Shown: one piece after another, positions 1 through 13,562 of the stretch | Position numbering within the stretch: the stretch's first letter is position 1 | How the letters are laid out: each line of letters opens with the position of its first letter | From: Azolla caroliniana | Lineage: Eukaryota; Plantae; Polypodiophyta | Assembly: GCA_043228905.1 (NCBI GenBank) | Contig: JBHGNT010000006.1 | Span: forward strand, 12,090,001 to 12,154,000 | DNA length: 64,000 nucleotides | Direction of reading: 5' to 3' | Made by a program: the position numbers and the translations under genes | Notes under the pieces: model-generated | The model's input: only the letters and a program-made list of their open reading frames with translations | Databases searched by the model: none | Told to the model about the DNA's origin: nothing

Positions 1-348
1 GGAAGAGAGAGAGGATGATACACTTATAAACAATAATATAAATGGGGGATGATTAACAAGAGTGTAGCTAAAGACCGTTCTCTATATTAATAAGCATCAA
101 AATACAACGATATCCACAATGTGGTATATATACATCTCATGTGCGAGGGTGCACATGTGTGAGGAGAATAGAAGTGTAAGTCCTATATTAAAAGAACATG
201 TGAGTGGAGGATCTAGAATGTATCCTACTCCAGACAAAATCCTATTTAAGGCTTTAAGGTCAACACACTACCTAGATTCTATCTAGGTAACTACTAAGTT
301 ACGTGTTTAACTAAATGACTAAACTAAGTTGAGCTTGACATCTCAACA
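1..348 (-). mobile_element. Partial copia-type LTR running off the window edge
   Basis: Reverse strand from 348 reads TGTTGAGATGTCAAGCTCAAC, resembling the LTR starts at 458, 22830 and 63089. No PPT is adjacent. Confidence 0.55.
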
Positions 349-457
349 CTTTTATTACCGAAAAATGCTCAGTACTCAACTACATACAATGTGCTCACAA
401 AACAGTTTTTATACAAGCCCATCTTTCAGGGCCATTAAGAAGTATTGACATGTACTT

Positions 458-697
458 TGTTGAGCGGGCAAGCTCAACTGGATCCGGATCGGCTGAATAA
501 GCTAGAGTCGGATTGGTGTCCGGATAGATCGGTATTCGGAACCTAGAGCCCGACTGGAGAACCAGATCGTACTCTAGAATAGTGAGAACCGGTAGGCCAT
601 TGGAGCCTACGATCCGAGCCTAGTACGTAGGCATATTCTTTGGAGTTAGTGTCAGTCCCTCGTATGAGCATTGAAGTACATGTCAGTACTTCTGTCT
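458..697 (+). repeat. C1 5' LTR, truncated by a deletion that joins it to the gag zinc knuckle
   Basis: Aligns with the first ~235 bp of the 3' LTR, then switches to KGHKESEC-type gag sequence. No primer-binding site (PBS). Confidence 0.75.
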
Positions 698-2371
698 GTA
701 CAGAAGGGTCACAAAGAAAGCGAGTGCTAGAAGAAAAGAGCCGATTTGGACAAAGTCGGATCAGGCCGGAAAGACGTAGACAGGCGTCACCGATCACACT
801 ATGCTGGAAGCTCGGAGAGAACCGAGTTGGGACAGGCCCTCGTAATGAAGCATAAGGCCAATTGGATGGGAGTATCCAACTCGAAGTCAAAAGAATATTG
901 GTACGTGGACTCTGGAGCTTCAAATCACATGACAAACCACAAAGAGTGGTTCTCCTTTTCTAAGAAGCCGGGGGTAGTCAAAACTGGAGACGACATCCCA
1001 CATCCCATCGAGCACATCAGAGATATCCCTCTGAGCCATGTCGACCGGAAAAGGGTCATGAGGAATGTCCTGCATGTCCCGATGATCACCAAGAACTTGG
1101 TGTTGGTTGGCCAGATCGTAGATCAAGGAATGCAGGTCCAATTTACTCACCACGGTTGCTTCATCGAGGAGGAAGGCTGGATCATTGCACAAGGGCACCG
1201 GGATGGAAGAATGCGCATCCTCAAAACCAATGATGTAGGCATTGATATGTTTGCAAAAGGGCATAAGGTCGAGTCAGACATCGACCTCTGGCATAAGCAG
1301 ATCGGCCACATCAATTTCTAGAAGCTTCAGGAGATGCAATCAGAACAAGTGGTTTCCGGACTTCCGAAGTTCAGTGGCCGGAAAGGCCAAGTATGTGAAG
1401 CTTGCCCATTCGGGAAGCAGCATAGGCTTCCATTCCCAAATGAGAAGAATCGGAGCTGGAATCGGCTCGATCTCATCCATTCAGATGTGTGGGGATTGGC
1501 TCAAAATGTGAGCATCGACGGGAGTTGATATTTCGTCTCCTTCATCGACGATTTCAGCCGGCACACCTGGATCTACTTAATCGAGAAAAAGAGAGAAGTC
1601 TTCTCGTGCTTCCGAGACTTAAAGAATCATGTAGAACGAGAAACCTGAAGGAAGATCAAGTGTTTGAGATCGGATAGTGGAAAAGAGTACTTTTCTAGCC
1701 AGTTCACGAGTTATCTATAGACGAAGGGAATCCGACGAGAGTTCTCCTGTAGATACACGCCAGAGCAGAATGGCGTGGCCGAACATTGGAATTGGACGCT
1801 GGTAGAAGCGGCAAGGGTGATGCTAGAAGAGAAATGCATGCCCCAGATTTATTGAACCAAAGCAATTCTGATTGCCATCTACATACAAAATCGGACATCT
1901 ACCTCAAGGACAAAGTGTGTCGCCGCACGAGCTGTATTTTGAGTGGAAGCCCAATTTGGCGCACCTTCGGGTATTCAGCAACATTGCCTGTGTGCATGTG
2001 CCAAACGAGAAGCGGAAGAAACTAGATGCAAAATCTGAGAAGTGCGTCCAAGTGGGCTATTCCGATGAACAGAAGGGGTACAAGTGCTACAACCCCCATT
2101 CGAAGCAAGTCCGAGTTAGCCGTGATGTCGCTTTCAACGAATCCGCATCTTGGTACTTCTCATCACCCGAACCCAAACCGATTACTATGGATGAAGCAAT
2201 TGACTCTGGACAGAAGGAAACATAGTGGAATCCGAATCGGATAGTCAGACTTCCCTCTAGATCAATGGACCGAATTTGGTCTGGTTGAACCGAAACGGTC
2301 AACCGTATGGCGAGCCGGCGAGTAGTGAAGACTTGGCCGTGCTCTCCCCGTGCAAGGAACCAAGGAGACGG
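698..2371 (+). pseudogene. pol: C1 gag end, protease and integrase (disrupted)
   Basis: WYVDSGASNHMT protease; LWHKQIGH and CEACPFGKQ zinc finger; LIHSDVWG; KLDAKSEKC; multiple stops. Confidence 0.9.
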
Positions 2372-2548
2372 TGTCGCGGAAATCCACACCTGTGGGTCGG
2401 TCGAACGTTACCACTGGGGTATTTGACCAAGGAGGATGAATCAGGTGACTTGTGCTTGTAAAGAATCGTTCGTTTAGGTTTACAATCAAGTCATTCTTGT
2501 TGTCGAAGACGCTTGTGTGGGTTCACTGAGAGAAGAGAGAGAGAGAGA

Positions 2549-2593
<45 letters not shown>

Positions 2594-3278
2594 TATTTAC
2601 CGCACCACAAAGATATCGTGAAGCACGTGATACACGTGCCAAACGTCGCGATGTGCGCATTACACATGCGCAGACAAGCACCGGCCTCTATCCGCAAGTG
2701 GTGATGGAGGATCAAAGGGATCGTAGAAGACAATGAAGTGGGACCATCAGTGTTCTGGACCGGAAGGACTAGCGCAAGTGAGAAAGTATTAAAGGTAGAT
2801 AGGTAGATACGGGCGGGAATTCCAATTCTAGGTTTGAACCTTTAACCTCAAAATTGAGAGACAAGATACATTGCCAATGAGACAACTAAAATTTTATTAT
2901 TATTTTATTAATTCGATACATCACTTGATTTACTTTCTCTTCCTTTCCTTTTGGCACTCATGCATCACATGTGATGCATGAAGAACATGTCCATCATTCA
3001 GGCATTCATGTACGAGCAGTTACATGTGAAAAATACAATGAAGAAAATAAACTTTAAAGAAAACAACCTGGCCTTACTTGCAGCTCATTGTATGCTAGTA
3101 GCCCTAGGCTTATTTTTATGTTTTGTGTAATGAACACCTAAACACACATCACAAGTGCTCATTAACGTGCTAACATACATGTGTTACCATCACTCCTTTC
3201 ATATGTGTGCACATTGCACCTTCTCGATTTTCCTCGTTCCACGCGATTTTCACACTGTTGCCGAAAATCTTCACGACA
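2372..3278 (-). repeat. G1 3' LTR with (GA)n tract
   Basis: TGTCG...CGACA termini; homologous to 40514-41500. Confidence 0.9.
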
Positions 3279-3347
3279 TCCACCCCCACCAAACCGCACA
3301 TCCTCTGGTATGTGCCAAGAAGTGAGTGTGAGATTCGGCAACGATGA

Positions 3348-3998
3348 TTAATCAATTTCCTCCATGTCCTCATTGACCTCGCTCACGTTTGTGGGTCCCA
3401 CCGTACTATCTTCATTGTTGAGGTCATCGAGGTTAAGACCCTCATCTTGTCTTTTCTTGAATATCTTCACTCTTTTCCCTGCAATGGGTATGGCCAGCCT
3501 TGATCTGTCTAGCTCTGCGAGGTGGTATGTGGCATTGTCGTTGGCACTCATCACCACATACAGTCTGAACCACCTTTTTGCAAACTTCCTTGTCATCCTG
3601 TGTTGGTTTTCAAGGATATTGTCATAGACCAATACCCAATTTCCTTCTTTGATCTTCTTTGGATGCAATCAGTGTGTTTTATCGAACCAAATCTTATTCT
3701 TCACTCCACCTATCTCCATTATCTTTCGCGCGTTCTCTAGATCTTCAGGTCTTCTTTCGAGCTGCCTTATCTATGCTGCCAATAATTCTTCTCGGCTCAT
3801 CTCGTTCTCCCATGGTATTGCTACCCATGAGGCGATCGTCCTCTCAATGGGCATTACTAGTTTCTGTCCATACATGACCTCTGCTGGCATATAGCCTATC
3901 ATAGAACTGTGTGTAGTTCTATCGGCCCACAATGCATAGGGCAATAATCGCGGCCAATTCCTAACTCGACCATCGCATGCTTGTACGATGGCTTTGAT
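3348..3998 (-). pseudogene. pol: G1 integrase C-terminal region
   Basis: WPRLLPYALWADRTT and RKFAKRWF...YHLAELD match the C-termini of the G5/G6 pol ORFs. Confidence 0.88.
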
Positions 3999-4014
3999 TG
4001 TCGTGACTCGTGAG

Positions 4015-4077
<63 letters not shown>

Positions 4078-5104
4078 AATGGAAATGAGATTATATTATG
4101 AGGAAACAAGATTACAATGAGTAGGCTAAGGGCTAAAGACTTGTGTTGAACCGAATGAGTTGAAATGAATGTATGGACACTTATTTATAGATCCTTATGG
4201 AGTATTCTAGAATGTTCTAGAATATTTTAGATATTTATGATAAGGAATATAATCATGAAATATTAAAGGATGTTCTATAATAATCAGGAACGTTTTAGAA
4301 TATTCTAAATATCTCATAATAACTAAAATATATAATTATTATAATCACACATCATATATGTTATTACAATGGTTAAGGGTTCAACGCATAGACGAAGAAG
4401 TCGTGGTTTCAATTCTTGATAAGCCAAAATGTTGTCTTCATGAGATTATCTGCCCTTTCGATGACAAGTTCCACGAGTCGAAAGACAAGAGTTCGGACTC
4501 GGTTTATGGGGATATTTGTCGTGAAATGCAACATCCATGTCGGAAGGCATTAGCAAGATGCTCAACAAGCTCCCATGTTCGATCATTAGGTGTATAACCT
4601 AACCAATCAACCAAATAATAGAGTTTGTTGCGGATGATCTTGGAGTCAAGAATAGCAGCAACCTCATATTCAAAGCCATTGGAAACTTCGATTGGAGGCA
4701 ATGGAGGTGTAAGACCACCCGGAATAGAGCTTGTTGTGTACGGCTCCAAAAGTGAAACATGGAAGACCGGGTGAAGACGCATATGAGGAGGAAGATCAAG
4801 ACGAAATGTCACATCATTGATCTTACCAGTGATCACATATGGGCCGAAACGTTAATAATCCAATTTGTAGCAAGGTCGGGTGGTTTTAATGCTACCTTGT
4901 AAGAGCCATACACGATCTCCTACTTGAAACGTAGTCAATGAATCACGTTGATGATGGTCAACAATCTTCGTTGAGTGTTTTGGGCATCACATAAATGATG
5001 GAAAAGTATATCTTGAACTTCTGGGAGTCAAGTGAGCCAATCTTCAACAACTGGGTTTTTGGGGAGTTCGGGATGGTCAAGCATCGTCCAACGAGGATGG
5101 TATC

Positions 5105-7594
5105 TGTGAAGTCAATTTTTGCTTGTAAGAAAAGACCATGGCATATACATCAGATGCTAAGGTGTATAAGAATAAAGCACAAGAAAGGTTCAAGAGTTAA
5201 AAGACGAATGATATTGAAGGGATATGAAGTTAGAGGCGTTTTCCAAAAGTAGAAAAAGCAAGAAAATAGAAAAAAAGAAAAAGCAAGGTAGAGCAAAAAG
5301 CTCATAACTTCTTCATCTCTTATCCAAATTTCAAAAGAAAATATTCGTAAGAAAGCTGACAAAGAGAGCATTCTTGTTTGATAATTTTGGATGACAAACC
5401 AGAAATAATGATATTAAAAACGCCCCACACAAACTCGAGGATATGTAAAAGAAAAGAAAAGAAAAGAAAAGAAAAAGCAAGAATAATGCAACTAAAAACC
5501 TATAAACCTATAAGTATGAGGGTATTCTTAGCAATTGGGGAGAGGGAAGAGTAGAATATCTAAGGAAGGAGGAAGAGTAGAATATCTACAAGGAGGATGA
5601 GAAGATCTACAAGAAGAAGTGAGAGAGAAGAAGAAGATTAGAAGAAGTGAGAAGACGATTAGTCGAACAAAGAGAGAAGACGGAAAGACTATTTTAGTAA
5701 TAGTATATTGAAGTAGTTATTTGGGGTTGTTACTCTTGGAGTATAAGAAGATTTTATTCTTTTCTTAATAATATACTCAAGTATTCATTTCTTTTCCTCT
5801 TCTGTTCTCTATCATTTTTCTCTCCGTGCTCATCATTTTTCAATGACTTCTCCTTCATCCCTAGACACCACGTGGAACAATTTCTTTTCCCTGTTCCATG
5901 AAGATCCATCACTTGTTTCTTCTTGCTTTCCATGATCGATAGATGTTTCCTTCTCCTTTATACATTTGATTACTCGTTGTAAATACAAGTCGTAGAAGAT
6001 GTCAAACCCCTTCGATGGTGATAATTTCATAATACTCCAATTATGTAATTCGTGCATCCAAGGTCTTACTAACACTGAGGAACAAAATGACCCTTTAAGG
6101 AGTATTGCATGTAAATCCATGGAAATAGATTATGCGAAAATACTCAACATCCTCTATAACTCCATAATGAGAGGCTAAACATCCATCATCTATGTCTACC
6201 TTGATAGAGGACTTTTGATAGATAGGATTTCCAATCTTACTCACTACCACATTAGATTTAGGATCAATTCTAATACCACTATCTACTAAGGCATCCTTAA
6301 TTAAAAGACCTTTAATGGTTACCGGAATAGTGGGTTGAATATCCTTTCGATCTTCCACCTGCACAATCTTCACACAATGTAATGTCTTTATACTCTGTTG
6401 TATACTCGATACACATCCCCACTCCTTTTTTAGTGATAGATAAAGTTGAAGAAGTTGTGGCCAAGTGATATGAGTTCAACCACATTTCGGCATATCGATT
6501 ATGAGAGGGAGTTTATTGACCTCTGGCATCAAATATACTTAGCTTCAACCACATTTCGGCATCAAATATACTTAGCTTTAAATTGTTTTACCAATTGTTG
6601 GTTTAGTGGCAAGGATTCATACCAATCCCTTGCTCGTCCATAAAAAGTAGCCACCAGTAGAGGAAGTTTAGAACTCAAAATCCTTCATCTTCCCTATTGA
6701 TATTGCATGATGTTCGAAGGCGGCCAAGAATGCTCCCGCATCTTGAACCCCATCACCTGCAAAAGCAAATTGAAATGCCATATTGGCTACAAACAAAACA
6801 TGCCTTCACTTTGATACGGAAAGAATCAACCCTCCCTGGAGCGCCAAAAATGATGAGGAGAGAGAGAAAAATGATAGAGAAGAGAAGAGGAAGAGAAAAG
6901 AATACTTGATTATATTATTAAGAAAAAAAAAAATCTTCTTATACTACAAGAGTAACAACCCCAAATAACTACTTCAATATACTATTACTAAAATTTTGTC
7001 TTCTTTCTTTTTTCTACTAATCGTTTTCTCACTTCTTCTAATCTTCTTCTTCTTTCTCACTTCTTTCTCCTCACTTCTTCTTGTAGATCTTCTCATCCTC
7101 CTTGTAGATATTCTACTCTTCCTCCTTCCTTAGATATTCTACTCTTCCCTCTCCCCAATTACTAAGAATACCCTCATACTTATAGGTTTTTAGTTGCGTT
7201 ATTCTTGCCTTTTCTTTTCTTTTCTTTTACATATCCTCGAGTTTGTGTGGTGCGTTTTTCATATCATTATTTCTGGTTTGTCATCAAAATTTATCATACA
7301 AGAAATCTCTCTTTGTCAGCTTTCTTATAAATATTTTCTTTTGAAATTTGGATAAGAGATGAACAAGTTATGAGCTTTTTTCTCTACCTTGCTTTTTCTG
7401 CCTTTGTATGCGTTTTTTCCTTTTTTCTATTTTCTTGCTTTTTCTACTTTTGCAAAACGCCTCTAACTTCATATCCCTTCAATCTTATTCATCTTTTAAC
7501 TCTTGAACCTTTCATATTGTGCTTTATTCTTATACACCTTAGCGTCTAATGTATCTGCCATGGTCTTTTCTTACGGGTAAAAATTGACTTCACA
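5105..7594 (-). mobile_element. LTR-retrotransposon derivative with inverted LTRs (5105-5835 +, 6851-7594 -)
   Basis: Both outer ends read TGTGAAGTCAATTTTT inward; TSD GTATC at 5100-5104 and 7595-7599; PBS at 6830-6846; gag and protease remnants inside. Confidence 0.85.
5833..6785 (-). pseudogene. gag N-terminus and aspartic-protease-like remnants of the inverted-LTR element
   Basis: Reverse strand from ~6783 gives MAFQFAFAG...AFEHHAISIG...KLPLLVATFYGRARDWY, homologous to ORF 10952. IKDALVDSG in ORF 6095-6373. Confidence 0.7.
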
Positions 7595-10134
7595 GTATCC
7601 AATGTTCGCAAAAAATGGGGAATATCCAGTAGAAGAATGTTCGGAGTTGTTGTAAGAAAATTCCACCAAATGTAATAAATCCACCCAATCATCTTGTTGA
7701 TAGTTGACAAAGCAATGTAGATATTGTTCGACTGTTTTGTTGGTGCTCTTTGGATGGTAGCCAGAAGAGAGTTTACAAGAAGTATGTAAGAGTTTGAACA
7801 TGTGTCGCCAAAATTTCGCGATGAATTGGGGACCCTGATCACTCATAATATCATCCGGAAGACCATGATGGCAAAACACCTCCCCCATGAGTAAATCAGT
7901 TGTCTCTTGAATAGTAATAGTCTTTGTGCATGAAAGGAAATGCGCCATCTTCATAAAACGATCGACTACCGTGAGAATAGAAACAAATCCCTTGGAAGGT
8001 GGAAGATCCGTAATAAAGTCCAAGGAAATAGATTTCCATGGGCTCTCTGGAATAGGCATTGGCTGTAATAAGCCATATGGATGATACCGAGGCTTTTTGA
8101 TTGGCAACATATATCACGACTACGAACATAATCTGTAACAAAATGGCGAAGCCGTGGCCACCAATATCGGTGAGAAATCAACTCACAAGTCTTGTGGATG
8201 CAGAAATGTCCAGCCATTGGTGTGTCATGACGTTGTTGCACGACTTTGAGTCGAGAAGGACCGTCAGGCACATATAAGAGAGTTTGTCGAAAAAGTAAAC
8301 CGTCATGCCAACTAAACTGGGTGGATTCAGGAATAGTACTAAAATAGAGAGAGAATTAGTACTAGAGAAGGGAAATACTATTAGTATTAAGAGGATGGAC
8401 TGTGTAAGACTCACAAGAGAGAGATAGCGAAGGCGAGAGATGGATAGATAGATAGATAGATTATATTATCGTCTTTGGAGGTCAAATATGACCTATGAGA
8501 CCAAAAAAATTACATTTCACGTGATAAATGTGAAAGTGAGTAGTGACTCTCGATGTTCAAGAACTTTACCAGTGAATGTTGCAATCGAGAGTGCACATTG
8601 TGGTTGTGAGAGGAATTCATGCAAAGATTGGGCTCGGTCGAAGAGATGTGGAAAGCATGGTCGAATATGATCAAAGGCAGAGCATTGTATCAAAGTGTGA
8701 TACTTAGACTCGCGAACTTGTTTAGGGAAAAGTGTGCATAGCGGACCACTCTCATCACTTGTGCCCCAACGCCTTGTTTCACATTGCAATGCATGTGAGC
8801 TAAGTCGCATGGAAGCAATGGTTTGAATGGCAGATCACGGTATGGGTTCTAACATGTATCGATGTGTACGATTTCCCTGTTCCGCAAAGAATATGGTTTT
8901 GTAATTGGGTGCAACATGTGTAGCATAATGTGTGAAGCACAAACCTCCACATTTGTCCCATGTCATGATACATTGGTGTTGCAAAAAGGCCTCATTTACA
9001 GAGGAGTCTAATGATGCATCATGAAGCAAGTGTCTCGCATCCCATCTACCAAACCACTTTTCTATATCTTGCATCCAACCAGAACACAAAATTTTGCTTT
9101 TATGCGTCTTTTGGATCTTTTTGCTTGCTTCCCACGCAATTCTAGGAAGTCGATGTGAGGGACTTTTTTGAACCTTAAGCATGTATTCAACAACCCTTTC
9201 CATGGACATGATCTCAAAGGGAAGCGATCCCGTCTCAAGGAGGAGGAGGGTGTAGGGCGTTTGTTTCTTAGCTTGTAGAAACTTTGTAAGAAAATGTTTT
9301 TGGACATTTTCAAATTCTTTCCACATAGATTTAGGGATGCTACCGCCCCATACTTCCACCCCATAGTGAAGAACCAGTGTCACCAAAGTGTCGAAAAGAT
9401 ATTTCTTGAGGACCCAACACTTAATATCTCCAAGATTGCATATGTTCTCAAATGCATAGTATGCTCGCTTACCCGCCTTGAAGTGGCGTGTAGCACATTC
9501 ATTCCATCTATGATTTGAAGGAACTTCCAGGCCAAGATATTTGAAGCTTTCCACACATTCAAGTGGCTCATTGTTGTACATAATGCATGGTTTATCTTTG
9601 TTTTGGCTCTTCACAAGCATAATCTTTGTTTTAGAGCTATTGGCACTTAATTTAGTATGCATGCAAAAAATTTCCAATGCCTTCATAAGCTTTTGGGCAT
9701 CTCCTAAAGTATTTGCAAAAAGCACTACATCATCTGCATATAGCAAAAGCATAATCACAACATTCCCAATGGCAACTTCTTCAACACATTCTTCCTTTGC
9801 AAACTTGGTAACCATTTCTTCCAATTCATTAATGCATAGACCAAATAGTGTTGGTGAGAGTGGGCATCCTTGCTTAAGACCAATAGTGCTTTTGAAAATA
9901 TCTGAAAGTTTGTCTCTCATGCGCATAGAACATATAACCTTCTCATAAATGTGGGAAATTGCAAGCATATATTCACTTGGCACCTCAAGTTCTTCCATGC
10001 GCCTCCAAAGATGCTCACGATGTACCATATCAAAAGCTTTCTTGAATTCTACAAAGCAACAATATAAGCCGTTACCTCTAAGGCGACTTTCCTCCATTAA
10101 AACTCAGAGGGTGATAAGGTGATCAATGGTGCTC

Positions 10135-11878
10135 TGTATGAAACTGATTTTAGAATCTAAGCCATTGAACATTAGAAGAATATAAAGTATGGATAATTCA
10201 CATTTGGAGGCTAAGAACATGAACCAAGACCTTAGGAAGAAGTCAAAAGTAAAAGTACGAGACCAAGAGAAAATTAAAAAGAGAAAAAGCAGACCATAAA
10301 AAACAGTAAAAAAGGAATGGTCATAACTCCTTCGTGTCTAACCAAATATTATGTTTAAATATGGGTTATAAATCTTGTAAAGAGAGCTATCTATAGATTT
10401 TTAAATCACTAAATTTGGAGCTATAATGAGGGAGATATGACGATTAGAAGATCGCTGGGTCTTAGCTAAAAATAGGAGATAAAAAGCTTCTAAAAATAGC
10501 GTGAACAAGGAAGAAGAAGAAAATTATAAAAGAAGAAGTGGAAGGACTAATAAAAAAAGGACTAATAGGGAGAGGATCCTAATAGAGGAGAGGGAGTCTT
10601 AGGAAGAGATATCTTAGTGAAAGAGAAAGGGTCTTAATTGTGGCTTTTGAGTGATTGGTAGTAAGAAGGTCTTTGGTTTCTTAGTTGAATGTGGAGTTTA
10701 TCTCCTTTGTATTGTCTTGATGTTGGAAAATCCTAACAATCGTATCTCTTTCTCATATTCTCTATCTTTTTTTCTTAATTTCTTGAGTCTCTCTTGATCT
10801 ATATAATATATTATGAGTCACAACTCCATCTAACGGGTTTGGTCAAGCCCTCATATAGTGTAAGATTACCCTTGTCTTAAACACCCTATCATTTTGGCGC
10901 TCCAGGGGGGGTCGATCCTTTCCATATAGGAGGAGAAGTTATCATTTAATTGTGTTACTATATTACATTAACTTAGCTATGCAATTTGCATTTTCGGGTG
11001 AAAGAACACAAGATGCTTGTGCCTTTTTGGCATGCTTTGAGCATCATGCCATCTCTATTGGACGCATCATCGACAACGAAAAGTTGCCCTTGTTGGTAGC
11101 TACATTCTATGGTCGTGCTCGAGATTGGTATGACTCTCTTCCGCAAAATGAACAAGGAGAATATCAATTGTTGGTGCATCAATTTCGTACAAGATATATT
11201 CAATGGCAAAATGTAACTGAGGTAAGGGAGGAGCTTTTTCAACTAAAGATGGAATCACCTTTTGGTTTTTTAGAGTATGAAAGAAATTTCCAAGAATTGT
11301 GGACGACATGGATTCGTCTTCGTGGTGGCACCGAAGACGAGTGGTTTAAGATAGAACAATTTAAGGTGGGCCTTGATATGCATTTCCGTTTGGAGGCAAG
11401 CTTGAAGGATCCAACGACTTTTCAAGCTCTTCTCCAAGTTTGTCAAGATTATGATCGACGAGTGAAGATGATGAGTTCCATGGGGGATCCCCAAATGACG
11501 GCTTTGGGTGCAAATTTGATGCCTCGTGCCAACTTTCAAGCCTCATCTTCAATTGTGCATGGTGGACAAGTGTTTCCAAATGTGTATACCACCACAACAA
11601 TAAACCCAACAAGTATATCCCAAGAAGTAGAACAAGTGAAGAGTGAACAAGATACAATGGCGTTGGTGAATCGGCGCTTTGATGAAGTGGTGGCCCACTT
11701 GCAACAATCCCAAGCAATTCGCAACACTATTCCCGATGGTGGTGGCTCTAGAGGGAATCAAGGTGTAATTTGTTATTCTTGTCAAGAGGAGGGACACATC
11801 TCAACAAGATGTCCTCATCGACAACAAAGAGGCATGGGAAGAGGCATGTATCAAGTGCAAAGGAATGGACAACGACCT
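10135..11878 (+). mobile_element. Truncated gypsy element (LTR 10135-10891, PBS 10895-10911, gag) inserted in the LINE RT
   Basis: TG...CA LTR; PBS TGGCGCTCCAGGGGGGG; right end lost by a deletion that also removed some LINE RT codons. Confidence 0.8.
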
Positions 11879-11929
11879 TTGATTCCATTATACATCCAAA
11901 TAGTTTTGCCATTAATGAGCCAACCATGA
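10952..11929 (+). CDS. gag: Gag (capsid-like region plus CCHC knuckle); last ~17 codons are antisense LINE sequence
   Basis: GRARDWY capsid motif; CYSCQEEGHISTRC; follows LTR and PBS. Confidence 0.8.
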   Translation: MLLYYINLAMQFAFSGERTQDACAFLACFEHHAISIGRIIDNEKLPLLVATFYGRARDWYDSLPQNEQGEYQLLVHQFRTRYIQWQNVTEVREELFQLKMESPFGFLEYERNFQELWTTWIRLRGGTEDEWFKIEQFKVGLDMHFRLEASLKDPTTFQALLQVCQDYDRRVKMMSSMGDPQMTALGANLMPRANFQASSSIVHGGQVFPNVYTTTTINPTSISQEVEQVKSEQDTMALVNRRFDEVVAHLQQSQAIRNTIPDGGGSRGNQGVICYSCQEEGHISTRCPHRQQRGMGRGMYQVQRNGQRPLIPLYIQIVLPLMSQP

Positions 11930-13562
11930 TGGTTCGATAGTTGTTTACATTATTTATATCTCCACCTTTACGTAAAGGTTTGATCCAATTTGTAGTCCAA
12001 TCGTACGGCATACCATGTTGCAATGCATCATTAAACATATCGCTTATCCATATATGTGCTTCCTTTCCTATCCATTTGAGCATTTCAGCCTTTATACATT
12101 GAAGATCGCTTGCCTTTCGAGAGGCCAATTTCTTAAGTCCTATGCATATATCTTCAATTGTAAAGAAGGGAGGCATATGTGAAAGAGAACCATAACACAT
12201 CATCTTTCTGGCAGGAGATAACTCATATAAATTCTTACAATGCATAGACAAGTCATGAAGAATTAAGTCACCATAACTCTCAACACGTTTCCCCTTTAAA
12301 TTTCCCCAAAATTTAGCACATGCATGTGCTTTCTCTTGCGTTTGGATAAATTGTTGAGTAACTTCCCATATTCTTCTCTTTCTTTGAATAAGCCTTTTAT
12401 ACTCATGCACATGCTTTTGGTAATTCTCTTTATCCTTAACTACATCCAAAACCATAAGGCACTTTCGAGCTTCACGACATTCTTTATCAAACCATTTTTT
12501 TCTAAGTTTCTTGGTGCAATTCCAAGATGTGCAGTTGGTCGAAAAACATTTGTTTGTACAGGAGAGAATGACTTTGCATTTGCATTCTAGTGTGGCACCA
12601 TGTTGTATCTTTATCATTTGTAACATATCCTCAACCATCTTCGAATACATGGGTGCTCACTTAAGGTTCATGCTCAAGTGCGGTTGTTTATTATCTTCAA
12701 TAGCCTTCTCACAATCAAACCTATCCATACATTTGAGATCAATACATAAAGGCCTATGATCGGATTCCGGTGTCCATTCACCAAGTGAGAATTTATGTAT
12801 ACGATCCAAAATACCTTCGGAAAGTAGCACATGGTCAATCACACTATTTCTGTCGTGTTTTCTACATGTAAAACCATTAGTGTTGGGCAATAAGGAAATA
12901 CCATTTGCAATAAGCAATCCGGTACTATTGCACATTTGTAGGAGTAACTTCCCAAATTGGTCTGGATCTTTTTCATCGCTAGAAGAGCGGCTATACATTT
13001 GCATATCCTCTTGCATCCTTGAGATATGTGGCATGAAAGATTCTTGTGAATCAAGTTGGAAACTTCTTGTACGAGCATTCATGTCACCAAAGACAATAAC
13101 TTCCCCTTTGGATTTGAAATAAGCAATATCATCTTCTAGATTGGCAAACGGTTGATCTTTATCCAAACAAGCATAAAAGTTAGAATCTTGATGAGGAATG
13201 TAACATCCAACTACAAAAGTGGGCAAAGCATTAGGTGTTTATATTTTGAGCCATATGTAGCATTTATGTTCATCATTTTTTATGATTGACACATATTTCT
13301 CTATTTCCTTCTTAATCAAACATGCTACCCCTCCTTGTCCTCTTCATTATCTTGGATTTTTCTTCCATATCAAAGAGTGTACATTATAGTTTCCTAAACC
13401 TTGAATCCTTTGAGTATCATGCTCCCATGTTTCAACAAGAAGTGTGATATCCGAGTTATCGGTGAACTCCTCTATGCCAAATCCCGCATTCCATGGGTAT
13501 CCACTGCAATTCCAAAAGCATAGTCGTAAAAGGCGTGGGTTAGTCTCATAGATCATGTGTCC

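Larger units (their letters stand above)
3999..8330 (-). mobile_element. T1: truncated chromovirus (Tcn1-like); 3' LTR ~3999-4445 plus integrase-chromodomain
   Basis: HPVFHVSLLEPY; chromodomain EYEVAAILDSKIIRNKLYYLVDWLGY; integrase PWKSISLDFITDLP and SDQGPQF; interrupted at 5105-7594. Confidence 0.85.
8517..13556 (-). pseudogene. LINE ORF2 (AP endonuclease, RT, C-terminal Cys/His finger), broken and interrupted
   Basis: FWNC, VFGDMNAR, IDHVL and SDHRP (APE); NYRTIMV, KQGCPLSPTLF and LYADD (RT); RLSSH...C...H...C tail. Confidence 0.9.

Noticed and set aside
2491-2733. ORFs with ERERER or LSLSLS runs (also near 4020, 23970, 38730)
   Set aside because: Translations of (GA)n microsatellites within LTRs.
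5105-7594. Ordinary MULE/foldback DNA transposon
   Set aside because: Has a PBS, gag and protease remnants, TG/CA ends and a 5-bp TSD; no transposase.
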